Sequence record: AP025670.1
Direction: 5' to 3' (one strand)
Length of the DNA stretch: 64,000 nt
Source: a plasmid
Shown here: positions 1-10,217 of the stretch, in pieces
How positions within the stretch are numbered: position 1 is the first letter of the stretch
Layout: each line of letters opens with the position of its first letter
Translations under genes and position numbers: made by a program
Notes under the pieces: generated by a model
The model's database searches: none
What the model saw: the letters and a program-made list of their open reading frames with translations, nothing else
What the model was told of the DNA's origin: nothing

Positions 1-421
1 TTTGAATAGCGACGCTGGATGCCGATTGGTCTGAACGGCCCGGCGATCGCCGGGCATACCATTGGCGCCGGCATCGTGCTGGTAACGACCATATTAGGGC
101 GTTTGAGCAGTTGCCTGGCCTCACGCAGGGAGACTGGATTAACTGACCGCTGACAAAATGCCTGACAATGACAGTCCGTTTTGTGCCAGATATAGTCATT
201 CACACCCTGAGAGTTACACTTTTAAGTGATTCAGGGTATGCGCTTATTGGTTACGAATATTGTGCCAGAATCATGTGATTCGATGATTGCCGCTTTGCTT
301 TCGAGCCAGTAAGTGCTCCACGTTCGCTAACGAATACTCAGGGCATGCAGAAAAACTGCTGACTATATTTCTTTCGAAGAGCGTGGAATGCATACCAATC
401 CCCGATAAAAAGGAGTTGGTG

Positions 422-926
422 ATGACTGCGAAAGATCAGTTTGCTGCTCATGTTGGTTTGGACTGGGCGGATAAAAAACACGATGTCTGCGTTCAGTTTA
501 AAAACGGTGATCGCATATTCCATGTGATTGAACATACGCCTGAGGCACTTGATATCTGGCTCAATGAGTTACACCAGAGGGCGAAAGGCAGGATTGCTAT
601 TGCCGTTGAGCTGAAGAAAGGCCCGGTGGTGTATGCACTCCAGAAGTACCCATTTGTCACAGTTTTTCCAGTACACGCGTTGTCACTGGCCCGCTACCGA
701 CAGGCTTTCTGGCCCAGCGGCGCGAAGGATGATCCGCAGGATGCTGAGCTGGCATTAGACCTGATGCTACGTTATCCCCACAAGATAAAAGCCATTGAAG
801 CCGACAATCCGGATATCCGATTACTCCAGCAATTAGTTGAGCAGCGCCGACTGCTGGTCGAAGACAAGCGTCGCTTTGTTAATCGGCTCATCAATACGCT
901 TAAGCAGTATTACCCTCAGCCCCTGG
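422..926 (+). pseudogene. IS110-family transposase, N-terminal (DEDD-type) part only; 3' end cut by the IS1 terminus at 927
   Basis: The ORF from the ATG at 422 (MTAKDQFAAHVGLDWADKKHDVCV...) has the typical N-terminus of IS110/IS116/IS902-family transposases. The reading frame runs straight into an IS1 inverted repeat, so the C-terminal half is missing. Confidence 0.5.
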
Positions 927-1151
927 GGTAATGCTGCCAACTTACTGATTTAGTGTATGATGGTGATTTTAAGGTGCTTGCGTGGCTTCCATTTCCATCA
1001 GATGTCCTTCCTGCTCCGCTACTGAAGGCGTAGTGCGTAACGGCAAAAGCACTGCCGGACATCAGCGCTATCTCTGCTCTCATTGCCGTAAAACATGGCA
1101 ACTACAGTTCACTTACACCGCCTCTCAGCCCGGTACGCACCAGAAAATCAT
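927..1151 (+). mobile_element. insA: IS1 left-end fragment (IRL plus 5' part of insA), truncated by IS26
   Basis: GGTAATGCTGCCAACTTACTGATTTAGTGTATGATGGTG matches the IS1 left inverted repeat. The ORF at 982 ([56 protein letters not shown]) is the InsA N-terminus. The sequence stops abruptly at the IS26 end. Confidence 0.8.
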
Positions 1152-1971
1152 GGCACTGTTGCAAAGTTAGCGATGAGGCAGCCTTTTGTCTTATTCAAAG
1201 GCCTTACATTTCAAAAACTCTGCTTACCAGGCGCATTTCGCCCAGGGGATCACCATAATAAAATGCTGAGGCCTGGCCTTTGCGTAGTGCACGCATCACC
1301 TCAATACCTTTGATGGTGGCGTAAGCCGTCTTCATGGATTTAAATCCCAGCGTGGCGCCGATTATCCGTTTCAGTTTGCCATGATCGCATTCAATCACGT
1401 TGTTCCGGTACTTAATCTGTCGGTGTTCAACGTCAGACGGGCACCGGCCTTCGCGTTTGAGCAGAGCAAGCGCGCGACCATAGGCGGGCGCTTTATCCGT
1501 GTTGATGAATCGCGGGATCTGCCACTTCTTCACGTTGTTGAGGATTTTACCCAGAAACCGGTATGCAGCTTTGCTGTTACGACGGGAGGAGAGATAAAAA
1601 TCGACAGTGCGGCCCCGGCTGTCGACGGCCCGGTACAGATACGCCCAGCGGCCATTGACCTTCACGTAGGTTTCATCCATGTGCCACGGGCAAAGATCGG
1701 AAGGGTTACGCCAGTACCAGCGCAGCCGTTTTTCCATTTCAGGCGCATAACGCTGAACCCAGCGGTAAATCGTGGAGTGATCGACATTCACTCCGCGTTC
1801 AGCCAGCATCTCCTGCAGCTCACGGTAACTGATGCCGTATTTGCAGTACCAGCGTACGGCCCACAGAATGATGTCACGCTGAAAATGCCGGCCTTTGAAT
1901 GGGTTCATGTGCAGCTCCATCAGCAAAAGGGGATGATAAGTTTATCACCACCGACTATTTGCAACAGTGCC
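1152..1971 (-). mobile_element. IS26 copy 1 (820 bp)
   Basis: 14-bp terminal inverted repeats GGCACTGTTGCAAA at both ends, exactly 820 bp, and an internal 240-aa tnpA (MLMELHMNPFKGRHFQRDIILWAVRWY...). Confidence 0.95.
1204..1926 (-). CDS. tnpA: IS26 transposase Tnp26
   Basis: 240-aa ORF identical to the other two copies, with the IS6-family DDE transposase signature. Confidence 0.95.
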   Translation of the reverse strand: MLMELHMNPFKGRHFQRDIILWAVRWYCKYGISYRELQEMLAERGVNVDHSTIYRWVQRYAPEMEKRLRWYWRNPSDLCPWHMDETYVKVNGRWAYLYRAVDSRGRTVDFYLSSRRNSKAAYRFLGKILNNVKKWQIPRFINTDKAPAYGRALALLKREGRCPSDVEHRQIKYRNNVIECDHGKLKRIIGATLGFKSMKTAYATIKGIEVMRALRKGQASAFYYGDPLGEMRLVSRVFEM

Positions 1972-1973
1972 GA

Positions 1974-2363
1974 TTATTTTTGTGCGGCCACAATAAGCAG
2001 AGATTGCAGGGCAGCTCTGTCAGAGTTTCGGATCGCCCTGTCGAGGATAGTTTCCTGTCCATCATCTGCCCAGGCTTCAACATGATAATTTGACCATACG
2101 TTACGTTCAGTCGAAGGCAGACGGTCATCGGGTTCAATGTGGAGTGTGGGGGTACACTCTATGTCTGAAAGATAGGGCTTTGCGACATCGCCATCCGTAA
2201 TGCCGTTGACCCGTCCACCACAGTGATCAGCAATTACCCGCCCTATATCCAGCATGAAGGCCTGGTGCGCCTCACGGGAGTCAAGTTCACCCAGCAGTTC
2301 AGGTTTAATAAGAAGACCGGTTACGATTTCAGCCAGTTCATTGGGTAATATTTGCTTTGTCAT
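1974..2363 (-). CDS. hypothetical protein; 3' end abuts the IS26 terminus
   Basis: 129-aa ORF whose stop lies 2 bp from the IS26 end. Its start sits only 65 bp below the stop of the 2429..3187 gene, so the two could be co-transcribed. Confidence 0.4.
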   Translation of the reverse strand: MTKQILPNELAEIVTGLLIKPELLGELDSREAHQAFMLDIGRVIADHCGGRVNGITDGDVAKPYLSDIECTPTLHIEPDDRLPSTERNVWSNYHVEAWADDGQETILDRAIRNSDRAALQSLLIVAAQK

Positions 2364-2428
2364 AATGCCTCACAAAATAGACAGATCAGTACAGAAGAGT
2401 GGAGGGAGAATGCCCGGACCAAAGAGAG

Positions 2429-3187
2429 TCACATGACGTTCAGGTACGATTTCATCACCCGGAACTCATCAGGAGTGATTGGTTTCATACTGGATTTTTT
2501 GATGGCAGAGCCAGAACTAAATTGTATCCCTCCTTCGGCATCTTTTTCCCCACCATCGCGATAGTTAAGCTGAATCTCATCATACCTATGCGCTGCATTA
2601 ACGCTGTTCGGGCAACGCAATATAAACGATACTGGATATTCAAGCTCACCGACGACCTCTGTAAATTCACAAAAGAAGTAATTCATCTTCTCGGCGAAAG
2701 CGGTTCGTTCAGCCTCCAGAAAATTGTGTAGACCTGTCCACCGGATGAAATCCTTACTCACGACACAGGCAGCGCCTCCAAACCCGTCAGGCCTTTTTAA
2801 GTTACTGCATGTAAAAGCAATTTTGAACTCTATCAATTCGTTCCTGTCAAATGCAATAAGTGCCGCCTGAGCAAACAGCGCACCATGTTCAGAATTGAAA
2901 TCACCGAGATCACTGTTAATAAGAAAACCTTCAGGGCATTTTTCCCCATCAAAATGCCAGTCCAGGTCTTCAGGAATATCTGCAACATTTCTGAATGGAT
3001 GGTTCAGGACACAGTGACGTACAATAATCTCCATTTCTGACAGGCCGTTTGTGTTATCACATGAAATGAGTTTTTGAATAAAACTATCATCCGGTTCAAA
3101 CAATTCATTCATTGCCTCAAGTAATATATCAGCTTGAGTAGGATTTGCTTCAATAAGACAAGCACATTCTGAATAAAAGTCAGCCAT
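2429..3187 (-). CDS. hypothetical protein
   Basis: 252-aa ORF. The start is taken at MADFY, which has a GAGG ribosome-binding site 6 nt upstream, rather than the first ATG at 3199. Confidence 0.45.
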   Translation of the reverse strand: MADFYSECACLIEANPTQADILLEAMNELFEPDDSFIQKLISCDNTNGLSEMEIIVRHCVLNHPFRNVADIPEDLDWHFDGEKCPEGFLINSDLGDFNSEHGALFAQAALIAFDRNELIEFKIAFTCSNLKRPDGFGGAACVVSKDFIRWTGLHNFLEAERTAFAEKMNYFFCEFTEVVGELEYPVSFILRCPNSVNAAHRYDEIQLNYRDGGEKDAEGGIQFSSGSAIKKSSMKPITPDEFRVMKSYLNVM

Positions 3188-3419
3188 GATAAACCTCATA
3201 TCTGTTTAGATGAGTACGGTCGATTAGGAGTAAGACCATCATACTAAACCAAACCGGCTCATCAAGGGGGTATTTCCACCGGAAGCAATAATAATCAAGG
3301 TCAGATTCATAAATTCTGGATAATAATAGCCACCCCCTTAAATGGTACAAGAAACCCTTGAAAACGGTGAGAAATATTGGGCTTGCAAAATTTAGTTTTT
3401 CTGATTGAAGCTTTGTATT

Positions 3420-4151
3420 CTATCCAGTTTTATATATAAGAGATAATGGTAGCGCCGAAAAACAGACGTTAAACTCCATAATTGTAATAGTGCTAAGAAC
3501 ATAATCAATCTCGTCCAGCAATTCAGCCAGTGTGTAACACCAAATATAGTCCTTTCTGTATGAAGTTATCCAGAATGATGACCACCATTCCTTAATCAGC
3601 AGGTAAATATGATTAGTTGTAAGTCCTTGTCCATGGGTATCGTTTCGCCACTCTTCTAACCAGCGTTTATGTTGACCTGGAACACAGAAAGACAAGTAAA
3701 GCCTGGATTTTGCAACGTTAATTTCAAGTTGATATTTCAATAGGTTAGATTCTTTCTTTGTCAGGCGATCCACCCTTTGATCATGAATCCGGTCACGGTG
3801 TTCGCGGCGCTGAAAAACCCTGTTCTGTAACTCCGGGAACATGGAAACTGCCAGAGACCAGGAAAGAGGGAGAATAAAACACTCTCCACGAGATTCAATC
3901 AGAATATCGATAGCACGCAGGTATTCAACTTTAGTTGCTTCGCCACGAACAAATGGATCGTAACTCGAATCGACCTTTCTCAAGTCATTCGAGCTAATTT
4001 GCGATTTACCTGTAAGTTCTTTAAAAAAGGCTTTGACGTAGGCCAGTTCTCCTGTTTTCCGTCCCAAAGCTCTGCGATTCTCCACAGAAGAAATAGAAGC
4101 CATTGCACATCGCTGGAAAGGGTTAATCGGGACAAGCGTGGAAGATTTCAT
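3420..4151 (-). CDS. PsiA-family protein (plasmid SOS inhibition A-like), paralog of the 16939..17661 gene
   Basis: 243 aa. Its N-terminus (STLVPINPFQRCAMASISSVE...YVKAFFKELTGKSQIS) aligns along its whole length with the 240-aa ORF at 16939..17661 and follows the PsiA N-terminal pattern ALIPL..QQ.AM.AVA...AFFR.FTGKA.IS. Confidence 0.5.
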   Translation of the reverse strand: MKSSTLVPINPFQRCAMASISSVENRRALGRKTGELAYVKAFFKELTGKSQISSNDLRKVDSSYDPFVRGEATKVEYLRAIDILIESRGECFILPLSWSLAVSMFPELQNRVFQRREHRDRIHDQRVDRLTKKESNLLKYQLEINVAKSRLYLSFCVPGQHKRWLEEWRNDTHGQGLTTNHIYLLIKEWWSSFWITSYRKDYIWCYTLAELLDEIDYVLSTITIMEFNVCFSALPLSLIYKTG

Positions 4152-4410
4152 TAATTACCATCCTTAGAGAATAGGAAGCACATAAAGACATATTATCAGT
4201 AATTATTTCACTTGCCAGTACCTATTTATATAATAGTGCTTATGAATAATTTTCAAAAACATTTAATATTTTTCGGAGTCAACTTCAAACATGAGAAAGC
4301 AACTTTTAGCACACCCATAAACTGGAAGCATATAAAAACAGTGAGCAAAGGGAGGGTTAAAGCAATTACTAAGCCTTACATGAAAGGCTTAGTAAAGGAA
4401 ATCAGGGATA

Positions 4411-5013
4411 TTACTTAGTGATACAGCTTTCAACTAGTGAAGCAATGAATTTTCTTTCTGCATAACATCCTTTCATTGATTGCGGATCAAAAACAATATT
4501 ATCAGCTTCGACATAGCGTAGCCTGTGGTATACAGACAAACGCGCTTCATTCCTTTTATGCTCTTCAAGTACCGGGGTGTAATCATGATCGGTCATTCCT
4601 ATAACAAAGAAAGCACAAATGACAGATAGTCCAATGATAAAGAAGGGAGCATGTTCCAGGAAAGAAGACATTGTTTTAGATACGTTTACGTCAAAAATAT
4701 CAACAACAGCATTACTGAATAAGGTAATAATTATAAGTAAAAACATTACACCGATAACACAGGAAATCCGGAGGACCATTTTTGTGTTGTCAGGCTCAGC
4801 AGTAACTTCATCAGGTGGTGCAAAGACAGTGGAACGAGTCGTCTTCTGCATTTCCGAACCGGCATAACCTCCGCCTCCCAGAATAACAGAGTCTCCCGAA
4901 ATGCCGCCCCCCAGTACTGAACCTGATCGTTCAGTGGTTGAAGTTTCCTTCAGATAAAGGGAGTGCAAAGGGATCCCGTCAGTTGGTGAATAATGAACTT
5001 TCATGATAGTCAT
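4411..5013 (-). CDS. membrane protein, hypothetical
   Basis: 200 aa with Gly-rich stretches and two hydrophobic helices. Confidence 0.4.
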   Translation of the reverse strand: MTIMKVHYSPTDGIPLHSLYLKETSTTERSGSVLGGGISGDSVILGGGGYAGSEMQKTTRSTVFAPPDEVTAEPDNTKMVLRISCVIGVMFLLIIITLFSNAVVDIFDVNVSKTMSSFLEHAPFFIIGLSVICAFFVIGMTDHDYTPVLEEHKRNEARLSVYHRLRYVEADNIVFDPQSMKGCYAERKFIASLVESCITK

Positions 5014-5173
5014 AGTAAGGCTCCTGATTATTGATACTTTTATAGTACTGTGAGCCTGAGGACAATTTTTCCTTTAAAAGGGTGAAATCGCTTTTTAACA
5101 ATTTTTTTTACCGGGCACGAAAGGATAAAAACCGTAGTTGTCCTGCAAAAGCATCCAATTATGGAAAAACTAT

Positions 5174-5993
5174 GGCACTGTTGCAAATAGTCGGTGGTGA
5201 TAAACTTATCATCCCCTTTTGCTGATGGAGCTGCACATGAACCCATTCAAAGGCCGGCATTTTCAGCGTGACATCATTCTGTGGGCCGTACGCTGGTACT
5301 GCAAATACGGCATCAGTTACCGTGAGCTGCAGGAGATGCTGGCTGAACGCGGAGTGAATGTCGATCACTCCACGATTTACCGCTGGGTTCAGCGTTATGC
5401 GCCTGAAATGGAAAAACGGCTGCGCTGGTACTGGCGTAACCCTTCCGATCTTTGCCCGTGGCACATGGATGAAACCTACGTGAAGGTCAATGGCCGCTGG
5501 GCGTATCTGTACCGGGCCGTCGACAGCCGGGGCCGCACTGTCGATTTTTATCTCTCCTCCCGTCGTAACAGCAAAGCTGCATACCGGTTTCTGGGTAAAA
5601 TCCTCAACAACGTGAAGAAGTGGCAGATCCCGCGATTCATCAACACGGATAAAGCGCCCGCCTATGGTCGCGCGCTTGCTCTGCTCAAACGCGAAGGCCG
5701 GTGCCCGTCTGACGTTGAACACCGACAGATTAAGTACCGGAACAACGTGATTGAATGCGATCATGGCAAACTGAAACGGATAATCGGCGCCACGCTGGGA
5801 TTTAAATCCATGAAGACGGCTTACGCCACCATCAAAGGTATTGAGGTGATGCGTGCACTACGCAAAGGCCAGGCCTCAGCATTTTATTATGGTGATCCCC
5901 TGGGCGAAATGCGCCTGGTAAGCAGAGTTTTTGAAATGTAAGGCCTTTGAATAAGACAAAAGGCTGCCTCATCGCTAACTTTGCAACAGTGCC
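5174..5993 (+). mobile_element. IS26 copy 2 (820 bp), inverted relative to copy 1
   Basis: GGCACTGTTGCAAA inverted repeats at 5174 and 5980-5993, with an identical tnpA. Confidence 0.95.
5219..5941 (+). CDS. tnpA: IS26 transposase
   Basis: Identical 240-aa ORF. Confidence 0.95.
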   Translation: MLMELHMNPFKGRHFQRDIILWAVRWYCKYGISYRELQEMLAERGVNVDHSTIYRWVQRYAPEMEKRLRWYWRNPSDLCPWHMDETYVKVNGRWAYLYRAVDSRGRTVDFYLSSRRNSKAAYRFLGKILNNVKKWQIPRFINTDKAPAYGRALALLKREGRCPSDVEHRQIKYRNNVIECDHGKLKRIIGATLGFKSMKTAYATIKGIEVMRALRKGQASAFYYGDPLGEMRLVSRVFEM

Positions 5994-6336
5994 TGATTAA
6001 TGCCGCGATAAGCACCAAAGCTATTATTGCTCGTCACTTCCATTCAAATTAATTACGCCACATGTTTCAGTAAATGGGAAAGGCAAGAAAACCAACCCCC
6101 TTCTCTAAACATCACATTCTTTCAGCAAAAGGGACTTACTTAATCTGGATAAGACTGACCAAAGAATTAACGGTGCGAGAAAGTTAGCACCCGATTGCTC
6201 GCCGTTATCTTCAATTCAAAGAGAGAGAAATAAATAACAGATTGATTCCCGCCTCACTATTCGACCCCTTATTCCGCCATGAGACAATTTCATTATCTGA
6301 ACGACACGTTAATGCAATTAAACCGGAGCTAAAACC

Positions 6337-6975
6337 ATGTCCTTATCTGCAAAATATATTTACGCCACTGCCAAAGTTTCTATGTCTCACGTACTGGATC
6401 AGAACGCATTCTTCGACATCGCGTTTAACGAAAACACGGAGTACGTCTACTCGGGCATCAACAAAAGCATCATCGTGAATCTGGACGCTGCCGGGAAAGA
6501 CTGGGAAAGCATTGAGGCCAGACTGCTTAATGACGGATGGAGCACTGAGCGTTTTCCGGGGCTGCTCGGCATCTTTCAATCGCTCGTTGCCCAGCGGATC
6601 GCCTGCGTGGAGTTCCATGAACATCACCCTAAAATGCAGTGGCATAACTGGTTCACCCCGGAGACATTCATGGAAGTAAAACCCATCGGTTACGATAAGC
6701 CTCTCTTTGCCTATAAAGAACTGCCGGACGAACAGCAGAAGCAGGCCAACAAATTAATGGTAGTCGTTTCCCCTGAAACGCTAACCGACAAGGTTTTTGC
6801 GGTCGTAGGCAACGGTCGAGTCGTGAAGGTAGATGGCTTGTACGAGATGGTGCGGGAGCCGGATGAAATTAAACCCGACTATGACCGACTGATTTTTACC
6901 CCAACCAAAGAGCGGCTGGTGCTGAAAGTGAATAAAGATAAAGACACAGTTAACATCGCAATGATTATGAGCTGA
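6337..6975 (+). CDS. hypothetical protein
   Basis: 212-aa ORF. It is preceded at 6257-6300 by a plus-strand copy of the conserved promoter (CTATTCGACCCC ... GACAAT). Confidence 0.5.
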   Translation: MSLSAKYIYATAKVSMSHVLDQNAFFDIAFNENTEYVYSGINKSIIVNLDAAGKDWESIEARLLNDGWSTERFPGLLGIFQSLVAQRIACVEFHEHHPKMQWHNWFTPETFMEVKPIGYDKPLFAYKELPDEQQKQANKLMVVVSPETLTDKVFAVVGNGRVVKVDGLYEMVREPDEIKPDYDRLIFTPTKERLVLKVNKDKDTVNIAMIMS

Positions 6976-7184
6976 TAACCTGTCCCGGCTGTTTGTTGAC
7001 CGATCACACATTTTCATTTCGATACATTCCAAATGAAAACAGAGAGCAATCAGCCCAAGTTTCCGGCACCTGCACATACCGGCTCAATTCGATAAGAATG
7101 ATAACGTTGAGACAGGGACAAACTTGCTTTGTGCCTGTTGAGAGGTTGACCGAGCCGGAGAACGGCGCTGGTAAGATACCCCAC

Positions 7185-7670
7185 CTAACTGATCCGGCTG
7201 ATAGCTACGGACTGACGCAACACGGCCAGCACATCACTGACTGATATCTGCCATGCAGCTGCCTGACGTCGGATAATAAAAACGCCTAACTCAATTCGCT
7301 GATTATGACTAAGCATGTGCTGAATAGTCGTTCCCCCTTCGGAGATGATCAGCATAACGCCTTTAGCATCGTTATTGTGGACTTTCAGACCCTTGTTTTT
7401 TTTCGTACCGTGATAGCTCACATCAAGCGTTTTTTGCAGGCCAAAAAGCAACTCGCATAGCCCGGTCAGTTCATCCTTCGAGAGCTGGAGATAGATTTTG
7501 TTTGCCCAGTCTGCCGAGCTGTCGATTATTTTTGCCATCTCAACATTCACGGTCAGTTCACTGGTTTTTTCTTTTTTAGTGTACTGCACACTGAGGGCAG
7601 TACATTTGCTTGCGTCACGCTGATTATCCCCATAAAACTTAATGGCTTCTTCGAATTTATTTTCGCCCAT
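7185..7670 (-). CDS. hypothetical protein
   Basis: 161-aa ORF between the replicon and the 6337 gene. Confidence 0.45.
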   Translation of the reverse strand: MGENKFEEAIKFYGDNQRDASKCTALSVQYTKKEKTSELTVNVEMAKIIDSSADWANKIYLQLSKDELTGLCELLFGLQKTLDVSYHGTKKNKGLKVHNNDAKGVMLIISEGGTTIQHMLSHNQRIELGVFIIRRQAAAWQISVSDVLAVLRQSVAISRIS

Positions 7671-7824
7671 TTTCTTTACTCCTTTACCGTTTTGTGTCTA
7701 TTTTCCCACACAGACATGTCATACCGAACGCCTTTGCCGAGTGTTCTAAGCTAAATTCATGAATAATATGGGATTGCCTATTTTTTTTCGGGGCTATCTT
7801 TTGCTGGTGGATTGCGGATCAAAA

Positions 7825-8416
7825 GGTGTCTGCTGAGGGGAAGGTATGTCATTCATTACTCCCACGGAACAGTAGAAGAGGATTTATCCTTCATTTTTCC
7901 CCGTAAAAGGTGTCCGCTGAGGGGAAACTCGTCGGAAATACCCCGATTTTGTCCTCTTTTTTTCTGTTTGAGCATTATTTAATCGAATCTTCCCCCCAGC
8001 ACACACCGCAAATTTAGTTAGTCATTGATTTATATAGACTTTACTAAACAACAATATTTGAGGCAAGTCCGACGAGCAGGACGAAAAACCCCCCTGACAC
8101 ACACCATTCACGATCCGGGTAATGCACAGCGCACAGAAATGTTTAAAAAAGAAGCAAATTAGGAGGGGGATTTATCAGGAATTCCCGTCAAACCCCTTGG
8201 CACACACCGAACGAAAGCCAATTCCTTCCCCCTGACACACACTTTACCGGTGATAATTACGCCCCGTGATACTCACTCGGAGGGAAAACCACCAATTTTC
8301 CCCCTGACGCACACCTTGCCAGTGGCATTCCCCCCTGACACACACCTTGCCAGAGAGGCGATCAGTTCCCCCTGACACACACCTTTGCAATGACTGTTAA
8401 CCCCCCTGACACACAC
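7825..8416. repeat. incA-like iteron array downstream of repA: about 10 copies of a 19-bp iteron (core GGTGTGTGYCAGGGGG), two of them inverted
   Basis: Copies lie at about 7825, 7909, 7991, 8088, 8191, 8226, 8298, 8328, 8366 and 8398. The core matches the P1/RepFIB iteron (GTGTGCTGGAGGG). Confidence 0.8.
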
Positions 8417-8446
8417 TTTTCATTGACAGCCAAACCACAGGCACAC

Positions 8447-9313
8447 TTATTCGTTGATTACACTTAGCTTTGGACTTCGCTTGTGAATGATGAGGTAATT
8501 CTCTTGTCCTTTTTTCACCATAGAAGCGTCCAAATAGCCGATATCTATCAGCTTAGTAATCGCTTTTTTGATGATTCGATTCTGTTCTTTAACCTGACTG
8601 ATCAGAGACAACCTTTCACGTAGGCGTTCAAAAGAGATAGGAGCCGGGTTACTTGGAAGGCTTGCAAGGAAGGTATACAGGGCTTGTGCAACTTCTAGAC
8701 GTGGAAGGGCTTTTATTGCATGTAGTTGAAGAACAACACGATAATCAAAGTAGTATAACTCCCATAATCGCTCGTCTGCTTCCAGTTCCACAACGTCTGT
8801 ATCGGCATTGAAATAGGCTATCTTTATGAGGCCGGTATGATATGCAGATTGTGAATCTTTGCCTCGCTTAAATGAGATCGATTTCCCCCTGATTTTACGA
8901 AGCGATTCATCTATATGCGCTCTCAGTTTCTTGTCCAGTTTTTTACCGGGGAAACCACAATCTTTTGCGAACTCAGAAAACTTTAGTTTGATGCGGTTTG
9001 ACGAAATCCCGTACTTGCTGAACGCTTTGACTATGCCGATCCACACCTTGAAATCAGTATCCATATCAAGACGTTCACCAGTGATTTTTATGTCAGTAAA
9101 CCCCTCAAGTCTTGCAAATTCAAAGGTAGAACTTAATTCACTGACATCAATCATCGGGCTGTAGTCAGATGACCTTGATGGTTTAGGCACAAACAGGCCA
9201 AGGCGCATAAAGGCCACTGGTTGAATTGTATTCAGTTCATTAACTGTTAATGGTTTTTGTTTTTCTTCCGTGTTACCAAATAACACATCAGATATAACTA
9301 GTTGAGTTTCCAT
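8447..9313 (-). CDS. repA: replication initiator RepA (P1/RepFIB family, iteron-binding)
   Basis: METQLVISDVLFGNTEEKQKPLTVNELNTIQPVAFMRLGLFVPKPS...DIKITGERLDMDTDFKVWIG...NRIIKKAI aligns colinearly with P1 RepA (286 aa). The start is taken at METQ (ATG at 9313). The upstream CAEGKKV repeats in the longer ORF are translated iterons. Confidence 0.85.
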   Translation of the reverse strand: METQLVISDVLFGNTEEKQKPLTVNELNTIQPVAFMRLGLFVPKPSRSSDYSPMIDVSELSSTFEFARLEGFTDIKITGERLDMDTDFKVWIGIVKAFSKYGISSNRIKLKFSEFAKDCGFPGKKLDKKLRAHIDESLRKIRGKSISFKRGKDSQSAYHTGLIKIAYFNADTDVVELEADERLWELYYFDYRVVLQLHAIKALPRLEVAQALYTFLASLPSNPAPISFERLRERLSLISQVKEQNRIIKKAITKLIDIGYLDASMVKKGQENYLIIHKRSPKLSVINE

Positions 9314-9364
9314 AATAAAATAATTCCCCCCCACGTAAATGCTACGATTGTGGAAAAGTATCAC

Positions 9365-9595
9365 ATTTTCCCCGTGACGCCCACCTTTTTTCCCCTCAGC
9401 ACACACCCAAATCCCCGTAACACACACTTTCTTCCCCTCAGCACACACCTTTTTCCCCTCAGCACACACCGAAAAACGTTGTAAGCCTTGTGGCAGTAAG
9501 GCTACAGACCACGGGGATCTTTTTGGTTTTATCTGGATCTCTCTATGGATCTATTATTGGATCTACACGGTGGATATGTGGATAACTTTAAATGA
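9365..9595. other. P1-type vegetative origin (oriR): 5 incC-like iterons (9368-9470), four GATC-containing short repeats (9514-9565) and tandem DnaA boxes (TGTGGATAA at 9577-9585)
   Basis: The iteron is TCCCCTCAGCACACACC, repeated 5 times. GGATCT occurs 4 times at roughly 16-bp spacing. A consensus DnaA box lies at 9577-9585. This is the P1 oriR architecture. Confidence 0.75.
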
Positions 9596-9692
9596 TGGTA
9601 ATGTGGAGGAATATCTGACGCGCTACGCTTGTCCAACCGCTGCCGGGCAATGAAAGGTAAACCCATTCATTACCCGACAACGGTTCCCGGAA

Positions 9693-9971
9693 CTACCCCA
9701 AAGCCATCGGTTCTAACCGTAAGTATACAGTTTCATAGATAAATTTAAGAAGTCCGTTGAAGTATACGCGTTGATGCTTATCTGCTGCCCCTGTAGCCTG
9801 ATCGATTAATACCTCCAGACCGTTCTTAGGCTGATTAAGTGAGACATTATTTAGTAGATTATATTGCTCAACGAATCCATCTGTACCAATAGCCTCTATC
9901 ACTATCAATCTGAAAGCAGGATCTCTCAACAGAGCCAGTTCATGAGGTGTATAGATTTTGATGATTTTCAT
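9693..9971 (-). CDS. hypothetical protein
   Basis: The ORF is shortened to start at MKIIKIY; the longer version has no ribosome-binding site. Confidence 0.35.
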   Translation of the reverse strand: MKIIKIYTPHELALLRDPAFRLIVIEAIGTDGFVEQYNLLNNVSLNQPKNGLEVLIDQATGAADKHQRVYFNGLLKFIYETVYLRLEPMALG

Positions 9972-10217
9972 CTGAGTTTGTTCCCTTTCTGGTAAGACAG
10001 GTTTATCGAACCGCATCAGAATACATCTGATAAGCTTTGTCTTCTGGTAGTTCAGCCAGAAAAACAAGGATACCTCCGTTTTTCTTCCAAATATTTTTAT
10101 AAATATTTGATTTATCGGCTATAGAATTTAAGTCTTTAACGTTAATGTGAATAGCGAGGCAGGAGATGAGAGGCTATAGCGCGATCCTTCGGTAAACGCT
10201 CTGTTTGCCTGTCATGA

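Noticed and set aside
1381-2085. 234-aa and 201-aa ORFs on the strand opposite IS26 tnpA (also at 5159..5764 and 36112..36816), and small ORFs starting MGSCAAPSAKGDDKF (1899..2093, 5040..5246, the N-terminus of 35327..36298).
   Set aside because: They are antisense or read-through frames inside the well-known IS26 sequence. They are identical in every copy and not real genes.
8447-9469. 340-aa ORF with an N-terminal CAEGKKV tandem repeat.
   Set aside because: The extension is a translation of the incC iterons. The RepA homology and the ATG at 9313 define the real start.
7825-9470. Arrays of short direct repeats (CCCCTGACACACACC / CCCCTCAGCACACACC) that superficially resemble a CRISPR array.
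   Set aside because: The repeats are 19-bp plasmid iterons with irregular spacing (16-90 bp) and mixed orientation. They flank a RepA gene and DnaA boxes. There are no uniform spacers and no cas genes.
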